Under the pieces are notes generated by a model. The model saw only the letters and a program-made list of their open reading frames with translations, made no database searches and had not been told where the DNA came from. A program made the position numbers and the translations under genes. Below, piece by piece: positions 24,490-37,816 of a stretch of 64,000 nucleotides of DNA (the first letter of the stretch is position 1; every line of letters begins with the position of its first letter). The stretch comes from Callorhinchus milii (Eukaryota): contig NW_024704743.1 in NCBI RefSeq assembly GCF_018977255.1, forward strand, positions 67,148,001 to 67,212,000, read 5' to 3'.

Positions 24490-25150
24490 CTGTGGAGACC
24501 TACTGGGAGACACTTTTTTTTCGATCAGCCGGGTGTTACATGTGGAAACCTATCAACATCCATAAGAGTATCCCAATCAGCCTCAGCATTCCATGTATGT
24601 ATGCCGACTACAAATGGAAATTTCCACGCATGGAATGTAATGCGCACTCTCTCACTGGAGGGATGCACCCATCTTACTGAATTCAGGAAAGCATTAAGCC
24701 CAGGTTGAAGAGAGCAAGGGCTTGGGAACCTCAAAGTGTGCACAGAGGGTATTGCTGGAGTTTAACCAGCTAAAACCACACTGCTTGCCATTGTGAACAG
24801 TCTGGCAAGTTTCCATCTGCTTTCCTAGCTAAGACCACCCTGCTTGTTGGGGTTTTGACTTGCAGTGTTTACAGGAGCTAAGTGAGATGAATGCCTGCCC
24901 CAGTGCCCAGTTTGGTCCTCCAAGTCCTGCCAACAAGCCAGCCTGCGAGCTTTCTAAACCCAGTGCTACAGGCCTGCCTGGCTCAGGAACCATGGCCGAG
25001 CAGGTTGCTTTGGAGCCAACACAGCCCCCAAAAGACCCTGCTTACTTCCTCTCCAAGGAAGGCAGAGTGGGCAGAAGTTGTCTTTTCGGTCATTGTGTAC
25101 ATAACGTCACTGCTACTGGGTATTTTTGTTGGTTTATCCCATCAATTACA
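24490..25150. repeat. Unclassified interspersed repeat, homologous to ~41965-42430
   Basis: Shared colinear blocks: AGAGCAA.GGCTTGGG.ACCTCA.AGTGTG, TTAACCAGCTAAAAC, TCTGGCAAG.TTCC, GACCACCCT, TTGGAGCCA. Confidence 0.75.
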
Positions 25151-25432
25151 TGAAGACAAAAATAGAAAGCTCTGATCATTTTAACAGTTACTAGCTGGAA
25201 GAAGCAGAATTTTTATATCAGTACACTTTCTGAATTTCTACTTGTAGAGAACAAGTATTGAGTATGATGGCTATGCCGAGAGAGGCCTTTTGGTGCTGTA
25301 TGATTAGTATATATTACTTTGTCAAACTGTTTTTGATTGATTGGGTTTCTATAGCAGCACCTGTGATATAACTTGCTCTACTGCTGTACCTTGTCATGTC
25401 CCTTTCAATATTATTTTGATTTGACACTTTCG

Positions 25433-25932
25433 TTATAATAATAATAATAATCCTTGCATTTGATATAGCGCTTTTCACGTCGGGAGGACGTCCCAAAGCG
25501 CTTCACAGAATATACTGTAAAGTGAGTTGATTGTATATTTTGTGGATGAAACGCGGCAGCCAATTGCGCACAGCAGTGCCCCACAAACAGTCATGGATTG
25601 AGTGACCAAATTATTATTTTTTTGAAGCAATTATTGCCCCCTGAAAAGCGATCCACCAATTGACTAACACCTGAGTTCCTACTTACTGGTAGGTATAGGG
25701 CCTTTCGCATTGGGAGGCCATCCCAAGACATTGGACATTATACAACCTATAAGTAGTGACCTTTTTTTTGGGGTGGGATTATTACCGCTGGAAAGCGATT
25801 CACCATTTGACTAATAACCAAGTTCCTACTTAATTCTAGGTAAACAGGAGTGTGGAATAAGGAAATATACCTAAAGGAATCAAACCCGGATCCCCTTGCT
25901 TGCAAAGGCTAACCAGTATTCTACGAGACTCC
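25433..25932 (-). mobile_element. Long-variant SINE pieces (a 3' portion and a 5' portion, separated by ~80 bp)
   Basis: Tail at 25433 and degenerate head at 25932. The GAAAGCGAT..ACC.ATTGACTAA..ACC..GTTCCTACTTA segment occurs twice. Confidence 0.75.
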
Positions 25933-26255
25933 ACAATTAGAAGCATAATAGGATGCTTCTAAGCTGATCTTTCTTATGAAGTAAGGCTGCGGGAGCTGCA
26001 GTGTTGTAGATGCAATTCTTCAGTTTGATGGTAAACCAAGTTTCCCTGTTCAGGAGAACATTAAAGGTCCCACAGCACGATTTGAAAAGAGAAAGGAGGT
26101 TTTCCTGGTATCCTAAACAAAGCACCCAGATTAAATCAGCCATTCACCTGAATTCTATTTGTGGCCAGCACCTTTGCTTACCAAACTGTCAGTACATGCG
26201 ACAGTAAAATACTCTAAAACACTTTGAGATGTTTTGATGTAAAAAGATACTGTAT

Positions 26256-26860
26256 CAACAACAACAACTTGTATTTATAAAGCGCCATTTACACTGGGTG
26301 GCGTCCTGGAGCATTTGACCGTGGCGGAGTCTGACCCTGGGCAAGGGGGAGAGAGGGGGGGAGGTGACCATAAGCACGATCAAAAAGGAAGGTCTTTAGG
26401 GATTTGAAAGTGGAGAGGGGGCAAGGCGGAAGGATTGAGGGAGAGAGTTCCAAAGTTTCGGGGGGTGGTAGCTGAAGGCACGGCCACCAATGTGCAACGG
26501 AGGGGACGAGGGGCGACAGTAGGCCAGAGCCAGGCGAGCCGAGGCAGCGGGTGGTGGAATGGGGGTTGAGCAGGTGTGAGGGCACGGAGGGATTTGAAAA
26601 TAAGTGAGAGGATCTTGAAATTGTTCCGTTCAATAATTGAACCTGGCAAGGACTAGTGCGATGGGGGTATGGAGTTTTGTGCGGGCGAGTATCCGAGCAG
26701 AGGAGTTCGGAATTAATTGAATTTTGTGTATTGTGGAGCTGGGGAGAGTAGCGAAGAGGACATTGGAATAGTCCAGCCGGGAAGTGACAAAGACGTGGAT
26801 GAGGGTTTTGGCTGCTTTTATTGTGAGGTATGGATGGAGGTGGGCAATAAAGATGCAAAT
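26256..26860 (-). mobile_element. L2-clade LINE 3' fragment (older subfamily)
   Basis: AAKTLIHVFVTSRLDYSN and LKTFLFDRAY motifs; (CAA)n tail at the left end. Confidence 0.85.
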
Positions 26861-28311
26861 ACATTCTTTCTTTTTGTTGGAAAGGGCAGGTGTTGACATG
26901 AGAAGTGAGGAAAGCACTGGACTTGGATGAGTTGTTCCCTACAATTAAACAGCCTGGAGAAATCCTAACCCGGCTTAACTCAAGCGGTATCCTTTAAAGC
27001 AGCATTCTGGTTGTACCTTTGAGCTCATAAAAAAAGTATTTTAAATCTACACTCACTCGCTCGTTCGCTGGCTGGGCTCACTCACTCAGACCAGATCAAA
27101 GATGGCAGTCAAATAATTTTCAACAAATCATTGTGCCATAATTGCAGGGCTTATAATTATGGACTGAAAATCTACTCATCATATTCAATGTGATAATTAG
27201 AATCATCATTATTATTATTGGCAATTTCTACTGTATAACTAGGGTTATAATAACAATAATAATCTTTGCATTTGTTACAGCAGGAGGCTGTCACAAAAAG
27301 CTTCACAGGGTATAATTTAAAGTATTTTAGTTGTGTATTTTTTAGTCAAGCATGGTAGCCAATTTGTGCACAGCAATGTTAACTTGACTTAACATCACCA
27401 ATGCTTTACTGTCCTCTGTGGCTTAAAGAGTTATATGCAGGAACTGCCTTTGTCTTCCAGTTTGATAAACTCATTCTATTCCACGTTCTACAACCTTATA
27501 AGATCCAGGAAATCTCTCAGGCCTGTCGTCAGTACACTTCTTGGATCCGTTGCTTTATGTGTTTTACTGCAGACACTTCCAGAGATTCCTCAAACCACGA
27601 AAAACCAAATAAAAGAAAAGGTAATTTACATAATTAATTTGTTTATAATCCATAGAAATACTAGAACTGAATCCTACTAGGTGTTAATAAATGACTGCTG
27701 CATGATGGACTGAATATTCTTCTTCTGTGTTGTAAATTTATAAAATAAATTTCTATGCACGGAATGTTCTCAAACCCACACAAGCCTGAACAGGGTCATT
27801 TGTCTGAAAGATGAATGCACAACGACATTTGTTGTAAAGAACTTGGCCTTTTAGGAATGATTCAGGCCATATAATTATATTAACCTTTTAAACAGTATTT
27901 AACACCTACAGCTTTTCTGCTACAATTTTTCTGCTTTACTCAACAAATGCTGGTAATTGCTCCAGTCATCTTAAAAGAGGCAATATTTTGTCTGGAAGAG
28001 GCAATATTTTGTCTACGTACACGCAGAACTCTAATATCTGCAATGCATTTGCCTGGGATTGATAATGTACCTATATCAAGCAGTCAAGATGCCCTTCTCT
28101 TTCCCTCCCCTGTCCCACAGAGAGGAAGAGGAAATGGTGTAGGTACTGCCTTGGGAGCAGGTTACCAGCCCATTTCCTTGACCAGGTAATGTGAAACAGA
28201 GAGAAAACAAATATCATACAGAAATGAAAGGTAATTCTATAGTATGGCATAATAGTGGAACATAAGATCACATTCAGACTAAGTTAACTTCGTAACAACA
28301 AAAACTACTAT

Positions 28312-29070
28312 ACCAGCATCCAAGGCTGCACTCTCCACCTCTCAAAGCCAGTCAGGAACCTCGGCGTTCTGTTCGACCCTGAGCTGTCCTTTCTTCCCCA
28401 CATCCGCACCACAACTGGCATTGCCTTCCACCACTTCCGGAACATCGCCAGACTACAGCACTACCTCACCCCTCACGCTGCTGAAACTCTGGTCCACGCC
28501 TTCATCACCTCAAGGCTGGACTATGGGAACTCTCTCCTCGCCGGCCTTCCCGCCACCTCCCTCCACACTGCAGGTCATTCAGAACTCTGCAGCTCGTGTA
28601 CTGTCCCGCACCAGGCTTCGGGACCACATCACTCCCACCCTCGCTCGCCTCCACTGGCTCCCCATCCCCCAGAGGATCGAATTCAAGATCCTCATCCTCG
28701 CCTACAAGGCCATTCACGGCCTTGCACACTCCTACCTCTCCGACCTACTATCCCCCCACGTACCTGCCCATACCCTCCGTTCCTCTGGCTCCGGTCTGCT
28801 CAACATCCCCCGCCCCAACCGTCCTACCATCGGTGGCCGGGCCTTCAGCCTCTCAGCCCCCAGGCACTGGAACTCCATCCCCCAGTGCCTTCGCCGCCTC
28901 CTCCCTTTCCTCCTTCAAGGCCAGTCTCAAGACCTTTCTCTTCAACTGTGCCTTCAGCTCCCCTCTCGACTCTCTACCCCCTCCTCGCTACCTCCCTCCC
29001 TTCCCTCCCCTCCTCGCTCCCTCCCTCCCTTCCCTCCCCTCATCCTGACCATTTCCCTCCTGCTCGGGTC
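28312..29070 (+). mobile_element. L2-clade LINE 3' fragment
   Basis: LQVIQNSAARVLSRT...LHWLPIPQRIEFKIL...GGRAFS; highly similar to 46030-46690; pyrimidine-rich 3' UTR. Confidence 0.92.
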
Positions 29071-29659
29071 CCCTTCTTTCTCTTTTTGAGAAGGCCAAGG
29101 GATCTTTAAAATCTGAACAGTTGGGTTTCCCCAGTTTAACGTCTCACCTCGATCAGAAGCTTGCCAACTCCAATATTGTAGCACCCACCAACATTTCGTT
29201 GGACTGTAATCCTAGGCTTTGAGTTCAAAGTCCCAATATAGGGTTTGAACTATCAACCTTCGGACTCAGAAGTGAAAGTGCTACAACTAAGCCAGGCTCA
29301 CGCACGAAATGATAAGGCTCAAGAAATTACCAGTAAGTTAATCAACCAAACCTACATTCAGAAATGGTTTAACAATAAAAGCAGGAGGTGATGCTGAAGG
29401 GAAAGCAAAGGCCTCCACACTATCATAAATAGTTTAGCAGAGATTGCTTCTTATTTAACATTTTCCGATGACACTAAGCTATGTGAGCAAGTGATGAGAA
29501 TAAGAGAGATTAATAGCATTCAAAGTTAAGCCAACGGTGAGAAAGCTACTGAGGGAGTGATAAAATTGACCAGGACATTAGCAGAGAAAAAAAACAGCAC
29601 TGTGGTCAAACTGGCTGGAAATGGAGTGAGACTACAGACAGACCAGCAGTACCATTTAA

Positions 29660-29990
29660 TAATACAACTACTACTACTACTAATAATAATAATCCTTGCA
29701 TTTGATATAGCGCTTTTCAAGTTTTCTAGACGTCTCAAAGCGCTTCACAGAATATATTGTAAAGTGAATTGACTGTATATTTGTGGGTGAAATGCAGCAG
29801 CCAATTGTGCACAGCAGTGTCCCACAAACAGTCGTGGATTGAAATGACCAATTTATTATTGTTTATTTGAGGGATTATTATCAGGTGTGTGGAATAAGGA
29901 AACTTGCCCAAGGCTTCACCCTACTGGGAATCGAACCCAGGTCTCTTGCTTGCAAAGCGAGTGCTCTAACCACTGAGCTACAGGACTCCA
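29660..29990 (-). mobile_element. tRNA-Ala SINE, full length
   Basis: Head GCTACAGGACTCCA; tail with (TAA)n/(CTA)n. Confidence 0.9.
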
Positions 29991-30193
29991 TTTGATACCA
30001 GAGTCACTAAAGTGGAGTAATGTGGCTTTGGATCAAAAGGAGTTGTGTATGGAGTTACACTATTACACATCTACAGCGAGTCCCAGGATCCATTTATGTG
30101 TCAGCCTGGTTAACAGGTGGCGCTCTTGTCTCTGGGTCTAGGGCAGCCTTGGGGTAGTTTTTTTTATTGTTGGAAATTGCAGTAGAAAGTAGA

Positions 30194-31740
30194 AAAGTCA
30201 CCTAGTCTGGATGGGATCCATCCTAGGTTGCTGAGGAAAGTTAGGGTGGAAATAATGGATGCTCTGGCCACAATCTTTCATTCCTCCTTGGATTTGGGAG
30301 TAGTGCCTGAGGACTGGAACGTTGCAAATGTTCCACCCCTGTTCAAAAAAGGGAGAAGGATAAACCTGGTAACTACAGGCCAGTCAGCCCAACATCGGTG
30401 GTGGGGAAACTTCTAGAGACCATAATCTGGGACAAAATAAATTTTCACCTGGAAAAAACAAGTTAATTAATGACAGTCAACATGGATTTGTGAAAGGCAA
30501 ATCATGTCTGACAAACTTAATTGAGGTCTTTGATGAAATAACGGGGAGGATTAATGAAGGTAGTGCATTTGATGTAGTGTATATGGACTTTCAGAAGGCA
30601 TTTGATAAGGTACACATAATAGACTAGTTAGCAAAATTGAAGCCCATGGGATAAAAGGGACAGTGGCAGCATGGATATGAAATTGACTGGGGGACAAAAA
30701 GTAATAAATGGTCTTCCCTGGAGGCAAGTATACAGTGGTGTCTCCCAGGGGTCGGTATTAGGTCCACTGCTCTTGTTGATATACATAAATTGACACTAAA
30801 CATAATAAACAGTGAAGAGGATGGTAGCAGACCTGCAGGAGGACATAGGTAGACTGATGAAATAGGGGAATACCTGGCAGATGAAGTTTAATGCAGAGAA
30901 ATGTGAGGTGAGACAATATACACTAAATTGTAAAGTTTTAAAGGGTTCAGGAGCAGAGAGACCTGGGGGTTCACATACACAAGTCTTTGAAGGTGCAGGA
31001 CAGGTTGATAGAGCTATTTAAAAAGCATATGAGATCCTTGGCTTATAATAGAGGTATAGAGTACAAGACCAAGGCAGTTCTGCTAAACATAAGTCATGGT
31101 TAGGCATCAGCTGGATTTTTGTGTCCAATTCTGGGTACCACACGTTAGGAAGGATATTAAGGACTTGGAGAGGGTGCACAGGAGATTTACCAGGGATGAG
31201 GGACTTTAGTTATGTGGAGAGATTAGAGAAGCTGGGATCATTCTCCTCAGATTAATAATAATCTTTGCATTTGATATAGCGCTTTTCACGTCGGGAGGAC
31301 GTCCCAAAACGCTTCACAGAACACACTGTAAAGTGAATTGACTGTATATATTTGTGGGCAAACGCGGCAGCGATTTGCACACAGCAATGTCCCGCAAACA
31401 GTCGTAGATTGAAAATGACCAATTTATTATTGGTTTTGGAGGGATTATTATTAGGCTCTGTGTGGAGTAAGGAAACTTGCCCAAGGTTTCGCCCTCTGCC
31501 TGGAATTGAACTCAGGTCTCTTACTTGCAAAGCGAGTGCTCTAACCACTGAGCTACCGGACTCCACAGGACTTAAGGGGAGATTTAACAGAGATGTTCAA
31601 TATTATGAGGGGTTTTGATAGAGTAGATAGGGAGAAAATGTTTCCACTGGTCAGTGGGTCAGTAACCAGGGCACATATATTTAAGATAATTGGCAAAAGA
31701 ACCAGAGGGGAGATGAAGAGAATTTTTTTTACACCCGGAG
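30194..31740 (+). mobile_element. CR1-clade LINE, decayed RT, interrupted by a SINE
   Basis: DGIHPR, VPEDWNVANV-PLFKKG, NYRPVS, QHGFVKGKSCLTNL, YMDFQKAFDKV and SQGSVLGP motifs. Confidence 0.92.
31252..31566 (-). mobile_element. Young tRNA-Ala SINE inserted into the CR1
   Basis: Full-length SINE that splits the CR1 LG.FS.../RLRGDL region. Confidence 0.92.
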
Positions 31741-32704
31741 GATAATACATATGTCTCTATTTGTCATCGAGAAATTCATCAAGAATAAATTTAAATATCC
31801 CATTGTAATTTAAGCATATAAATAATAAAACAGACACATTCATAGCTCTATGCATGAATATCCAATTTGGTGCAATAATGAATTACAACTAACTGATTGG
31901 ACTTTTTCAAAACAAAAAAAACTCTATAAGGACGTTCAAATTACAAAATCAGAACAAATTCACCTCCACACAATGCTCTCCTAATTTGATAATGCAAAGA
32001 GTCAGTTATAGGGTATTGTTAAACTCCCACATTTTCAGAGCATTCACTGCAAACCCAAACCAAGGACATGTTGGAAAAGTTGCAGAAAATATTTGTTTCC
32101 TGGTTTGCAATTTTTGTCACAAATGTGTGGGAGGTACATAGATATACAGATATATATGTGCAGAAGAAAAGATCCTAGATAATACGATAAATAAATCATG
32201 CGACCTTAGATACAATACATTATTATAAATAACAATTTGAATGGTAGATGTAAGCCAAATCTATTGTATTTGTTTACTCACTTATAAAGCCTGACTATAA
32301 TGAAATTAAAATGAGTGAGTTTCACTCGTATTTTAAACAATCTGATTAAATACTATTTGTGGTGCAAACTTCCAGAGGATCGATGCCTGGTCTGTGCTCT
32401 GTTATCTACCCTCAGCAGCATTAAGTCATCAATAACAACAACTTGCATTTATATTGCGGCCTTCACGCCTGACGGCGTCCCGGAGAGCTTAAGCTGCGGC
32501 ATAGTCGTATGAAACTGACAAGACTTTCCCCTCTTGTCTCTGCAGTATTTGCAGTAAACCAATTACATCGTTCTGATTTTGATAACTGTATAAATTATAC
32601 CTGTTTTTTTAAAAAAAATGCAATGCAGCTTGTTTCAATGTGTTTATACAAATTGATTTTTATAATGTTTAGGAAATTAGATTGCCTCCAGACTGCAAAT
32701 GTAA

Positions 32705-33447
32705 TGTAATGGGATGGGGGTATAGGATATCTGTAATTAATCTGTTAAATAATATCTCAAATTATATTTGCAATGTTTATATATTTTAGACATATGATCA
32801 ATCTCATATAAAGGGAGCTAGTTGTGACTAGCTTCAAAGAAGATCCTTGCTCAAGGAAGAGAAACAAAAGACTGTTTATAAACAATAAACTGTTTTCATT
32901 GTTTATCAGTCATTTTCTCATAGAAAAATCGTCTTCAGCTGGAGAGAACTACGTTGTATTTGTTTTTACAAAGGAAACACCTTGCAAAAGACAATAGATG
33001 AAAGGTCACTTAATCTGCAGTATAAACGGAGATCGATTCAAAAAAGAAAGAGAGAAGGAAGAAATTGTGACTTGAAATCGCGAATCTAAAGAAAGAGGAT
33101 CAAGATTATGATTTAAACAACATTAAACGTACAATAATACCTGGATACTTTTGGATGATATCGAACTGGAAACCGTACAACAATACTTGGATACCTGTTG
33201 AGGACTTATATTTGGATTCAAATGGGAAATTAAATTGGACATTGCTCCTCTATCTCTCCCGTAGCATTTTGTTTGGTCAACTTAAATCGTTGTGAACTGC
33301 AGTATACGTGGATACGTAAGTATAATTGAATGTATTCTTTTAATTACTTATGACCATTATTAATCTGAATTAATAAACCTTGATTAATTGTACAACAGTT
33401 GTGTCAACATTTCACCGCAGGGTCATGAAAATAAATGAACCCTTACA
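32705..33447 (+). mobile_element. Probable solo LTR (~740 bp)
   Basis: TGTAA...TTACA termini, TATA-like CATATAAAG near 32805, AATAAA ~75 nt before the end. No TSD found. Confidence 0.5.
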
Positions 33448-34299
33448 GGGGTGGGGAAACACTTTTCACTTTATTATTTTAATTCAATGACAACTAGTTC
33501 TTACATTTGCTTTATTCTCCGAGTTGTCTAAGCTCAAAAGTTGTAGTGTTTTCTCATTGTATGGTGATATAATGTTAGACATTAATAGACAAGATAATGA
33601 GCATTCACAGTGGCAAGCACGGTCTGTTTCTGCAGTGGTGGAAACTAATAGGACAAACCCACCTCTTTATAATCCAGATGAACATGCACGTAAGCGTTAC
33701 CTTATTCCATTTTGTTCATTTCTGGGTTTTTTTAAATTTATTCCCTGCTGCTATTCACAATTCAGCTCCACTGACTCCCCATCTCCCAATGGGTCAAATT
33801 CAAGATCCTTGTCCTCACTTTCAAGCACCTCCACTACCTTGCCCCACCCTACCTTGGCACCTTCTGTGACACAACTACCACAGCCACTCCTTCCCTCCCT
33901 CCCTCCGTCCCTGCCTTCGGGTATGCATTGCTGTTAGACTGGAAATGTAACATTTTGGGAAAAGTAAATCAGTTATCATGTGGAATGACCATAACGCAGC
34001 CTGATAATAATATTATGTTGACAATTTTGCTTTTGACTGCAGTAACAGAACATTGTTGCAGTGAATGCGGTGGTGAAATATAGTCTATATACAGTCTGTG
34101 TATATATTAAGCTTATTTAATAATCTAAGTATACTTAATGTACAAACAAGTATCTTAGAATTACTGGAAGTCAGATCATTTAAGAAATGATTTCAAGTGG
34201 ACAAATTATGTGTTCCCTGGTTAAAGGGAAGACTTCGGGGTGAAATTTCATTGGTTGGCAAATACATTTATAAGTAAATAAATCAACAACAACAATCTT

Positions 34300-35000
34300 C
34301 ACATTGGATAATGTCTCAGCATGCTTCAAAGGGGGCAAGGAGAGGGAAAGGTGACTATAGGCCCAGTCAAAGAAGTCAACTTGTAGTTGGGATTTAAAGA
34401 TATGGAAAGATGGGGCAAGGTGCAGGGGGGAATAAAGGTAGGGAGTTCCAGAGGTTAGGGATTTGTTGACTGGAAGCTTAGCTATCCCCAAATGTGGCAC
34501 CAAGGGGAGCAGAGGATGCACAGCAGACAAGTGTTGGTGAGCAAAGGGAGTGAGCAGAGGAATAGAGTATGAGCAGGCCAGAGAGATGGGGGTGCGAGGG
34601 TGTGAAGGGCTTTGTATGTGAAGGGAAGGACCTTGAAGTTCCAGAGCCTCGGGGCCTCTCAGCCCCGAGGCTCTTGAACTCTATCCCCCAGTGCCTTCGC
34701 CGCTTCCTCCCTTTCCTCCTTCAAGGCCAGTCTCAAGACCTTTCTCTTTGACAGTGCCTTCAGCTCCCCTCTCGACTCTCTACCCCCTCCTCGCTCCCTC
34801 CCTTCCCTCCCCTCACCCTGACCATTTCCTCCTCCTTGCTCCCTCCCTTCCCTCCCCCTGACCATTTCCCCCCTGCTCGGGTCCTGACCCAACTGTCCAG
34901 CGCCTTGGGACATCCTCCCGACGTGAAAGGCGCTTTATAAATGGAATCTTGTTGTTGTTGAAGTCAATTAGTTTGGAGACAGGGAGCCAGTGGAAGGTGA
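34300..35000 (-). mobile_element. Old L2 3' fragment hosting a younger L2 insertion
   Basis: Degenerate L2 C-terminal region on the minus strand, split at TTGAAGT. Confidence 0.6.
34640..34957 (+). mobile_element. Young 5'-truncated L2 with a 7-bp TSD and a fold-back 5' end
   Basis: TTGAAGT at 34633-34639 and 34958-34964. The body matches 46567-46695 and 28850-29070; (TTG)n tail. Confidence 0.88.
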
Positions 35001-37619
35001 CGTGAAATACGCTATATAAATGTAAACTGTATTGTGTAGCTGAACCATATCATTTAATGCTTTATTCAATAAATTGTTGCTAAATTAAATTGCCCAGCAC
35101 ACCGCAAGAAGCTGTTTTCTCTTTTCAAATAGTGTCATGGATCAATAATATCCTTCTAAAGAACAGGTAGACAAGATCTTGTTTTAAAATCTCACCTGCA
35201 GGAGGAACGCTTTACAACAATGCAGGGCTACAGACTGCTACATGGTCTGTCAATCTAAACTAGTGGTGGTTTAAAAAAAATTCTTGGTTTGTGCCGTAAA
35301 TTGCCTACAAAATATACAGTCAATTCACTTTATGGTATATTCTGTGAAGGGCTTTGAGATGTCTTGAAGATGTGATAAGACGCTACATCAAATGCAAGGA
35401 TTATTATTATTATATATTATAAATCAAGAAATATTCAATCAAGAAAAAAACTGAAAACAAATTACTGATCGACCACAGACTTACCTAGTCTTGTGCAAAT
35501 GCCTGGGGTGGGACTGCATTGTAGGAGGTACCGTCCTTCTCTGGCTGGTTAACCTGAGGCCCTGCGTCTGAGGAAATGTTCAGGGGGAAGTTAAAGAATC
35601 AGGGCACTGTTCAAAACACAAGAGAATTTCTCCCTGGCCATCAATACCCCAAATAAAAATTGGTTATTCACTTTGTAGTTGTTTGTGGAACATTTGCTGT
35701 GTATAGCTTGGCTGCTGCATTCGCCCACAAAACACACAGTCAGTGTGTGAAGCGCTTTGGGAAGTCCTTCTTAAATGAAAGACTCTATTCCAAATGTAAG
35801 GATTATTATTCTTGTGTAATTATCTTCTGCTCTTCAAAGTTAATATTATTGAATGTCAAACTCTAGGTTTGTTTTATTACAATAATATTGATAATAATCC
35901 TTGCATTTGATAAAGCACCGTATCACGTCTTCGAGATGTCTCAAAGCTATTACTCTATTTAATGTATTTATCTCATGTTTGTAACACCAAATAGTCTCCA
36001 ACAATAAGAATGTATTGTATTCTGTATTTTTTTAAAATGTATTTGCTGGTTTGGACTAAACCACTTTGAGAATGTCATTTATTTAAAGACTATGATGAAT
36101 TTTTGGGTCCATTTTGTATCTATAACTGAATACGCAAAACCTCAGATAGTTCAACAATAAGGAATGGATTGAGGTTTCCACTATTTTAAACAAGGTTTAT
36201 ATTTGTGCTTTACGTATTTCATGGTGCAGTTTATACTTTAAGGATTTATAAAATAACTATCATATGCTGAATAAACACACAAATAATGTACAGACTGATT
36301 CAATGATAAATTTCAATTGGGTGGAATCATAATAATCATAGATGGACTGGAACCAGCTCTGTCAATTCTAAATAACATGTGGAAGCACAATATTCATGAC
36401 CATCCCTGAAAAACATTCCCACCAGCTCCCTTATCCAATGACGGCAGCAATAAACAATTTTACAGGACCTTACACATTGAGAGGCTGTCTCAAGGGCTTC
36501 ACTGAGATGGAGCTCAAGCTGGGAGAGCTGAGGAGCAGAGGGAAAGGTGATATTCTCCATGGCTACAGGAAGTTCTCTTCAGCCATCTCATCGACTCCAT
36601 TCAGTGAATTTTAAAGATCTCAGGTCATTAAAATTTCAGCCCTCCAAGATGCTATCCTGTATGAAGGGCATTACACAAAGGCAAGTTGTTGTCACTCTTC
36701 AAAAAGAGGAGTTTCTCCTAATGTCTTGACCAATAATCCTCAAGGCTAATTGGTCCTTTACTTCATGGCTGTTTGTAGAAATAGTGATGAGGGCAAATTC
36801 ACTGCTGTGTTCACCTACAAAATAGTCACAGGCACTGGTATATCACTATAATATTGAAACGTTTCCAGCAATTACCAGTGAAACACTTAAAAACATCCCA
36901 ATGATATAGTGCTATATCAAATGCAAGGATTATTACTTTTTAATTTTACTCAGTTAACTAAAATATCCTTATCACTGTTTATCACTCTTCATCAGATGTA
37001 AAACAGCATCCAGGCAGCGTATCTCATTCCTGTAGCACCACCAAGTGTTAGAAGTAACTGGATGTCACATCCTCTTTCAGATGGAGGTACAGTATAGTAT
37101 AGTTACTGCAAACTGAAGTCACTGAAATCTCATTACTGTGATCTTACATGACAATAAATGTGGACAAAGAGTGCCTCCAACTGAGCTAGGCTGACCCACA
37201 AGCTGACATCTGTTACGCAGAAGAATGTCTCAGCATATATAAGATAATATCCTTCTCCTCCTGCTGTGCCTGAATCAAATCTGTAAGAAAATGCAGTGGA
37301 CATTTCATGAGAAGATAAAATATGTTTGTTACTGTTTTACATAGTTTGTGATACTGTCACCTAGTGTCCATGTTAACACATTGCACCCACCTGAGTCTTT
37401 CAAAGCAGATGCTTAAATTAACTCAAAAAAGAAAACAAAATAATGAATAGGTTTACTTATAAAAATGATGCACATTTTAATATATTTATTACATCAGTAT
37501 TATTCCATTGCATAATAGTGATCTATTTAACCATAAATGCAATGACATGAGAGAAGTTCTGTATGCTCAAATCAAACAACTGCTAAATCAAAAAAAAGCA
37601 AACTTTACCAGAAGAAGGT

Positions 37620-37816
37620 GATTCTTCGGCCTTCGGATGAGAAGTTAAACCGAGGTCCTGTCTGCCTGTTCAATTGGACATTAAAGATCCCAGGTCACTA
37701 TTCAAAAAGAGAAGGGGGTTTCTCCCGGTATCTTGGCCAACAATTCCCAAATAAACATTGGTCACTCAGGCTGTGAGACACTGCTGTGTGCAATTGGCTG
37801 CCACGTTTCACCCACA
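37620..37816 (+). mobile_element. Deu-domain SINE fragment, cut off at the SINE insertion
   Basis: TTCGGATGAGAAGTTAAACCGAGG...GCAATTGGCTGCCACG. Confidence 0.8.

Noticed and set aside
27975..28015. 21-bp tandem duplication (a similar one lies at ~41808-41846)
   Set aside because: Ordinary slippage-type duplication.
28421..29089. Ser/Pro-rich ORFs of 150-222 aa (also 46164-46709 and 14-352)
   Set aside because: Alternative frames of C-rich L2 sequence.
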